This document shows, in pieces, positions 57,698 to 64,000 of a stretch of DNA of 64,000 nt (positions are counted from its first letter, which is position 1; the number at the start of each line of letters is the position of its first letter). A program made the translations under genes and the position numbers. The notes beneath the pieces are model-generated. The model saw only the letters and a program-made list of their open reading frames with translations. It was not told the DNA's origin and searched no databases. The DNA is from Candidatus Omnitrophota bacterium (GTDB lineage Bacteria; Omnitrophota; Gorgyraeia; Gygaellales; Profunditerraquicolaceae), in the NCBI GenBank assembly GCA_050012075.1, contig JBEKHW010000001.1, positions 132,766 through 196,765 on the forward strand, in the 5' to 3' direction.

Positions 57698-60600
57698 GCT
57701 AGAAGCTTTCTTGCCGGCTTCTGCTAAAATATGGGCCGGGTTCATCGTAGCGATATCGGCCCCGGATGCAAGCAGCCGGTCAAGCAGGTTCTCGTTATCG
57801 GTAAATCCGATGATACGGATATCGTTACCCAGGATATCACGCACCTCTTGGGCTATGTAATGGCTGTCATCTACCAAAGCGCTCTGCTTGAGAGGAATAT
57901 TGTGTTTATTAAGCAAATCACCGATAGCGATGATCTTTTCCCTGCTAGAGGTGCCCCTTCTTTTCTCGTGAAATTCCCCAAAGAGAGGAATATTCTCCCA
58001 GATGGGCTGCGTCCTTTCCGGAATGTTGGATGTAGCCAGGAAGACTTTGATACCCCTCTGTTTTAAATCCAGGATCAATTCTTTAATGCCGGGGGTAAGC
58101 AGGCTCTCCGAATCAGTATCTAAAATCTTTTGCGTCCGCTGCCATCTTTCTTTTTCAAAAATATTCAGATATTCCGCGGGAGAAAGGAATTGCCTTGTGG
58201 ATTGGGATGCCTTGGCCTGCCTTATCAGATCACCTATCGCCCCTATTTCCGGTAGCCCCCGCGTATACTCATCATAATAAGCCCTGCCAGCCCTCAGATT
58301 TTGCTCTGTCCTCTCTAACTTCAGGATTTCAAGATATATCGTATCTACAAAGCAGTCCCGCGTCAGCCCTATATTAATGACAGTGCCGTCCATATCAAAA
58401 ACCACTGCCTTGAGATTACGGACCCATTCCGGAACAGCAAATGGAGCGGCCGGAGAAGAAGCACATTCTTCTTTGATTTGCTTCCATAATTCGTCTGCTT
58501 GCGCCTGGGTATGGCTGAAACCTAACTGCTCATTTAGGCATAACCTTGCAATGCTTATCTTACCCAGGCCTTTAATATCTATATACTTCGTTAAAATATC
58601 TCTATTAGTTTGGCCATCTTCAACTTTAAATGTTTCTCTCAGTATTTCTGTGATGAATTTTTCTTTCCCCTGTTCAGAGATAAGAGGCTTTCCCTTGAGA
58701 TTCTGAAATGCAGCTGCTCTTGTTTTAAAGGACAATTTTTCGGAAGAAATACCCTCGAACTGTTCTGCCCTATCACTCCCCTCCAAGGGTATCGTCATAC
58801 CGACATGTGCAGGTACAATCGTAGCAGGCAGGTTGCCATCGACTAACCTGTTGACTAATGCTTGTTTTGCTTCTTCTGGGGCGTGGACCAAGACAAGGTT
58901 CTTGGGATTTATCTTGCCGATAACGTACGCCAGGCCTCTTTGGTCGGCATGAGCCCTAAAGAGGAATTTCCTGACCTCGGCGTTTACCTGTATAATCGCT
59001 TCGCCTTCACCAGACGGAATAGCTATTTTCTTTCCCTTCTGAAGATTGAGGATCTGTGCCGCAGGGCTTTCTTCCGTGGCATAACCTACGAAAAAGATGG
59101 CATTAGCAGGATTACCGGCCATCTGCGTAAGATACAACAGGGAACAGCCTCCCACAAACATTCCTGAACCGGCAATTATAATATGCGGCTCTTTTAGTTC
59201 AAGAATCGACTTTCTTCTGTCGCGGCCTACCGCAATAATATTACTGCCATCCTCGAATAAATATTCTGAGCCACGTACACGGTATCTTTTGTAAAGCCCG
59301 GCCGTCCTTATCGCAAGGCCGTCAATATAGATATTGGCCTGAGGAATAATACCCTTTCGTTGATATTCCTGTAAAATAAGGGCTATCTCCGTTGACCTTC
59401 CTATCGCAAAAGCAGGGACCAGGATAGAGCCACCCCTGCGCAAAACCTCTGCTACCGAAGCGGCAAATTCTTCTTTTACGGATTGACGCGGCGGCAGATT
59501 TGCTTCTTTGCCATAAAGCGCCTCCATGATCAATAAGTCGATTTCTGCCGTAGATAGCCGCATAGAATCCACCGAATTCTGTTTTTTCACGGAAATATCC
59601 CCGGAATAAAAAATGTTACCGTAAGGAGTGGCTATGATTACCGAGGCTGCGCCAAGGATATGCCCGGCAGGAATAAAGAGCACCTTGATGTCTTCCGAAA
59701 GCCTGTACCATCTTCCAAAATCAACGTATCTAAAACGCTTTGAAATATCCGCAAACTCTTTTCTATTAAACTCATTAGTGAGTAAAATCCTGGCTAAGCC
59801 AAAAGTAGGAGCTGTAGCAAGTATCTTGGCATCCGGCAACTGCCTTGCTGCCTCTATCAGTGAGCCGGAATGGTCAAAATGGGCATGGGTAATGATTATA
59901 TGGCCTATCCGGCCTTCTACATTGCTTAGGTCAAGGGGCTCCAGGGTTTTGGGGTCTGCTCCGATATCTAAAAGCAACTTTTCGCCGGCAATATCTGCGA
60001 GAAATGCGCTCTTACCCGGCTCATCCACTCCGCCTAAAGGCGTTATCTTTATTTTATCTCTCTTCAAAGGAGATTCATCTTCAAGCAGCGCCCGGCACAA
60101 GCCATCATAAGATTCCTGCACGCTCCTATCATTCTCAAAGAAAGATTTTCCGGCCACAAACACATTGGCCCCTGCCTTGGCTGCCTTTCTTATGGTGAAA
60201 CGGTTAATGCCACCGTCTATTACAATATCTCCGTCAAAATGATACTCATTCCTTAATATCCCGATATTCCTTACCGCTATGCCTTGCTGGTCAAACTTCT
60301 GGCCGCCCCTGCCCGGATAAACGCTCATCTGCAATACTCTATCGATGTACTTACGGTTTTCCATGATGAACCTGCAAATAGCATGGATATCGGCTTCGGG
60401 GGATGGGTTTAGAGCAAGTGCGGCAATCCCGTCGTAGGCCTTAATCAACTTAAGGCAATCCAATAAGCGCCCTTTATCTTCAAACCCCTCCCGGTGCAGA
60501 GTAATCATCTTGGTTCTGAATAAGATATAGTCCCGCACCAGGCGCTCAAAGCTGCGGGAGATCGCCCGGCTATCTGCCATTACCATCAGGTGCGCATCAA

Positions 60601-63600
60601 ACATTGTGCCGGTATCAGCCTGCCGAATAATCCTCCATACCCCCCTCGGAGTCAATTCCTTTAAAGTATCTTGCGCATTTGCCTGGACTATGGCGCTGCC
60701 TACGCCATTATTGCTGTCTATTACATCTATGTGAATGATAACCGGAATGGGGCCTTTCTTTCCTATCTTTATTGCCTGAAGCGCTTTCTGGCGCCTATCT
60801 GCCTTTGGAACACTGAGCACCGACGGCTCAATGATAAATCTCTGGGCTGTCGGAGAACTTGCCTTGTAAAGAGCCGGAGCCGGTTGTCTTGGATATAATG
60901 AACCGGCCGCTACGGTGGACTTATTTAACTTTTCCAGCTGCGCCTGTGCAGCCGCGTAGTCCAATACATTGCCGCCTAAATTTAGTAGAAGATCGCGAAG
61001 GCGATTAGTATAAAAATGTATCCCAAGCGCGCCCAAAAGATTATTGACTTCTTCATGTATCAGGCCACCTGTAACAGCAATGAATTCATGTTTAATAATA
61101 TCTTCACTGCTCATCTTCTTTAATTTAGGAGAAAGCTTCATTGTCACAGAAGATAGATGTTTGCCCTGATGTTTTATGGAGGCTTCCATAAGCAATTCGT
61201 GAACCGCTATTAAAACAGGGTGGCCCTTTGCTTCTTCAGGAAGCGAGGCGGCGTTTCTCATTCTTTTTTGGATTTGATCTATTATCAAACCTTCATGTAC
61301 TATTATTGCTCTTCCCTGTGGATGGTTATACAAACCTTGCAGGCAAAGCGGCAATCTTTCAACGCCGCCTATCTCCTGAAGCATCTCTCCCGTTATCACG
61401 CAAGCACCGCAGTCAAATTTCTCACTTTTTGTTGTATATACCTGAACTCCTTTGGCGATCTCCGGTTTACTTATACCGTGCGTGATTCTCGCAATATCCT
61501 CTTCTAACTGCTTACGAAAATCCTCTACTATATCCAGGCCTTTTGTTAAAGATTCGACGGCATTACCATTAATTAAATCTTTTACCAAGTCCTTTACCTC
61601 TTCTCTATCTTTCCCATCTGCAGCGAAATCTAAGCCATCCTGCCCGGATTTACTTTCCAGATTATTACCGGCCGCTGCGGCAAACTTTGCCCCCACCAGC
61701 CACGGAGAGGATAGCAAAGTCTCTAAAATACGCCACAGCGGCCGGATTATTGAAAGCGCTTTCACTTTAAGCCGTAAAAATATGCTTACTGAATTATCAC
61801 AAGATAAAACGGGTGAAGCAGGTGAAGACCCGGCATAACCCGCAGCGCGGCCATTCATCGCAAACTCGGTAAGAACCGGGGCATCTTGCGCAAGATAGTC
61901 ATAAGAAGGCACGGGAGCTTTAGTCACAACATACTTTTCAATATTCAGGATAAAATCCCTCCATTCAGAACTGGCTTTTATAATCTCTCTTAAGAAGCCT
62001 TGCCAGGAGCTTCTTAAGCCATATTCCTTGGGGGTCACGTGTAGATGGCTCCAATACCGGCCTTGCTGGTCGTGTTCTCCGCCTACCATAGGACTCATCT
62101 GCCCCTTATGGAGGAGCCATTCCCGTAAATCAATCATCACCGGAACCCCAAAATAGGCTGCCAAGATTAACAGTTCAATAAATCCTTTGACCGGGCCTCC
62201 CAACGTTGCCAATGACCTCTCGTCATAGTTGGAAGGATAGATGAGCAGTTCCGGCATCCTGATAATGGCATATTTTAATGACTCAACTAAATATCTTCCG
62301 GCATCATTATTACCTTCAACCATTCTCCTGTAGTCGCCGTAAACATTAGGATAATAAACCTTTACTTCGACCCCGGCCTCTTTTGCCAGCCGCAGCAATT
62401 CTTTTCTGTCTGCCTCTTCATACGCCTCCATGATAAATTTAAATTTCTTGCCTTTTACGGAAGCAAATATCATGGACCAGGGCTCTGGCTGCTTTGCCAG
62501 ATAATCTGGGGAGAAATATGTGCCTAAGTTCCGTTTTAAAAGAAGGTGCGGCAGGTCAGCACGCGCTCCTATCGCACCTGAATTAATATGCTCCTGGATA
62601 GAAGTAATATAATATTCCATTACTTCCGTGTTAAAAGGATTGAGGAATACCTGGTCAACATTGGGGACCCCGGCGAATCCTACTAAATGTTTGACGTATA
62701 CCGGCCTGGGCTGCTGGCCATCCGCAACCCTTATCACGCAAGAGCCGCCGTTTTTACTGACTAAATCATCAACAAACCGCTGCTGCATGATTGCAGCAGC
62801 GCGCCTTCGGTACATCTCACCCTGTCTGGCATCTAATTCGGTATACATGGTCCAGCGATAATTTTTCTCCGTAATGGCGTCAGGGGATAACCACGGGATG
62901 AAATCAACAATAACGCCCATTCCTAATTCCGCGGCACGTCCGGTAAATGCCCGCAATGCCTGCCTAGGTTCATCTCCGTTACACAATTGAGGATCGATCT
63001 CCCGCATGCTATATATCGAAAAACTATTACCGTGACAGTCGGTTAATGTAATATCTCCTATCGTAGCTTTCTTGGTCAGATAATTGTTTACGGAGATGGT
63101 AGGGTAGTTCGGTTTTTCTCCGGTGAGGATATACTGCGCTGCGGCAGGAACCCGATGCAGCGATTTTGATATTAGTCCCTTCTTGTACAGATTATAAATA
63201 TAAACTTCTCCTACGCCGCTATCTGCCAATATAGGCAAAATCTCTTCGGCTTTATTGAAACTGTTTTCATAAATAACTGCCCCGCTCTTTGGATCGACCA
63301 CTGACCCGATATCAGCTAAGTTCATAGCAACCGTCAATTCCTTGATTTGATGGCCGTTGCTTAACGCCTGATCTTTTAAAGGAGATGATCCTACCTGGCT
63401 ATTTTGATGGGCTGCGGCAGAAAGAGAGCCCCCACCAGCCACGGAGAGGTAATCCTTTTCTACATTAATGTTTTTATTTCTATCTCTCTGCACAAAGCCA
63501 TTCTCCGAACTTGCCTTTACTGTCGTCGGCGAAGAGCCGTTTGAGTTATTTCCCTGGAAGACCGTGTTTCTAAGCACCTCCCATGTTAAACCTCCCTTAA

Positions 63601-64000
63601 TATTTATTTTAATATTCCTGTACTCACCCCACCCTTTGTAGATACGCAAATAACCGTTATGGATATGCAAGGGAATTATAAAAAGGAGTTCCTTTTTCAT
63701 TCTTTCATCTTTAAATACAGAAGATAATTCTTCGAATTCTTTGATACAACCTTCGCTGTCTAGCATCCAAGACTTATTGGCTGCGGCAACTGCTTCGTAA
63801 GGATCGTTATGCAGGAAATAGTTGCCTGATCCAAACTCTTTTTTAAATTTATCAACCATAAAACTATTCTGCTCGTGGTAATTAGTCAGCCAAAGGTGGG
63901 ACATTTCCTCTAACAACTGGAGCAGGAATTCTTTTGACGACTCTGCTTTTATTAAAACAGCTTTATCTTCCAAATAGGCTATAGCTCCTACAGTTCCTTT
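57698..64000 (-). CDS. Giant multidomain protein, fragment 1. Its 5' end lies beyond the window. Contains GH13-like, ribulose-phosphate-3-epimerase-like, beta-CASP MBL RNase-like and HAD-like units. Ends at an in-frame TAG (57698-57700), possibly an artefact.
   Basis: Minus frame (codon starts = 1 mod 3) translated by hand at 63841-64000, 62701-62820, 60713-60753, 59858-59905 and 58377-58470. All are open and protein-like. TAG lies at 57698-57700. Confidence 0.6.
57720..58440 (-). other. HAD-superfamily hydrolase-like unit
   Basis: 'KAVVFDMDGTVINIG' DxDGT motif I (58377-58410, verified), 'KVFLATSNIP', 'IIAIGDLLN'. Preceded by ASSPA at 58448-58462. Confidence 0.5.
58800..60080 (-). other. Beta-CASP metallo-beta-lactamase ribonuclease-like unit (RNase J / CPSF73-like)
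   Basis: 'IIITHAHFDHSGSL' HxHxDH motif (59858-59905, verified), downstream 'FYSGDIS', 'ILVPAFAIGRSTEI', 'RAHADQRGL' (58931-58957). Confidence 0.6.
60150..60770 (-). other. Ribulose-phosphate 3-epimerase-like unit
   Basis: Motifs 'GPIPVIIHIDVIDS' (60713-60753, verified), 'MFDAHLMV', 'LQMSVYPGRGGQKF' and 'DGGINRFTIRKAAKAGANVFVAGKSFF' (60194-60217), in RPE order. Confidence 0.6.
61832..63376 (-). other. Possible GH13-like (alpha-amylase superfamily) TIM-barrel unit (low confidence)
   Basis: Translation contains 'ELGMGVIVDFIPWLSPDA' (62881-62930), resembling GH13 region I, and 'GGSCVIRVADG' (62701-62760), resembling region II. The unit is flanked by GSSPL (63377-63391) and GSSPA (61817-61831). 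Confidence 0.3.

Noticed and set aside
57691-57705. ASSPA motif copy at 57691-57705 in frame 0
   Set aside because: It lies in the +1-shifted 60-nt block. It is counted as part of that anomaly rather than as an independent in-frame junction site. The in-frame copy at this junction is 57662-57676.
1-64000. Interpretation as an operon of many co-directional ordinary genes
   Set aside because: All recognisable units share one reading frame, with no intervening stop, RBS or start structures at the more than 40 junctions examined. Independent genes would be distributed over three frames. Fragmentation into separate genes is seen only at the two shifted blocks.
1-64000. Alternative genetic code (stop-codon reassignment) to explain the long ORF
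   Set aside because: Not needed. Apart from the two shifted blocks, the frame contains no standard stop codons at the sites checked.
1-64000. rRNA, tRNA, insertion sequences, transposases, integrases, promoters or terminators
   Set aside because: None recognised. The window appears coding throughout on one strand, and no cloverleaf-like or inverted-repeat-plus-transposase structure was seen. I could not run covariance or profile searches, so absence is not proven.

Overview
The whole 64 kb window is coding on the minus strand in one reading frame (codon first bases at + coordinates = 1 mod 3). I hand-checked this frame at more than 40 points between position 82 and 64000; it was open and protein-like at all of them except the two 60-nt-aligned blocks described below (57661-57720 and 45241-45360). 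Most checkpoints sit on a recurring junction motif. The N-terminus lies beyond 64000 and the C-terminus beyond position 1, so the frame covers at least 21,333 codons. It is therefore a giant-gene locus, either one ORF or a few abutting in-frame ORFs. The + strand carries only short antisense ORFs (largest 189 aa).

The translation is a mosaic of protein-sized units. Many resemble full-length free-standing housekeeping enzymes or transcription-factor modules:
- sugar-phosphate enzymes: ribulose-phosphate 3-epimerase-like, tandem RpiB-like, YeaD-type mutarotase-like, PfkB sugar kinase-like, HAD phosphatase-like, IMPase/FBPase-like;
- RNA and translation enzymes: beta-CASP metallo-beta-lactamase RNase-like, Fmt-like formyltransferase;
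- transcription-related modules: an SNF2/RapA-like ATPase, four sigma-70 region-4-like HTHs, an RNA polymerase alpha-CTD-like domain, repeated HTH modules;
- others: HExxH and CPBP protease-like units, GlnD/E-like nucleotidyltransferase, histidine-kinase-type ATPase, beta-propeller, HEAT-like tandem repeats, an ~800-aa coiled coil, several multi-TM blocks.

The units are separated by a recurrent short peptide motif, [G/A/S]-S-S-P-[A/T/L/S], found at 41 in-frame sites. Synonymous-codon variation shows it is selected at the protein level. This polyprotein-like punctuation is the most unusual feature.

Two short blocks (57661-57720 and 45241-45360) are exact multiples of 60 nt and aligned to the print lines. 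They read +1 shifted, which creates in-frame stops (TAG 57698-57700; TGA 45332-45334 and 45296-45298). They look like off-by-one, indel or assembly artefacts, or recent frameshifts, rather than gene boundaries. I could not scan every codon by hand, so further local disruptions cannot be excluded. All domain calls come from motif recognition on manual translation, not from database searches.
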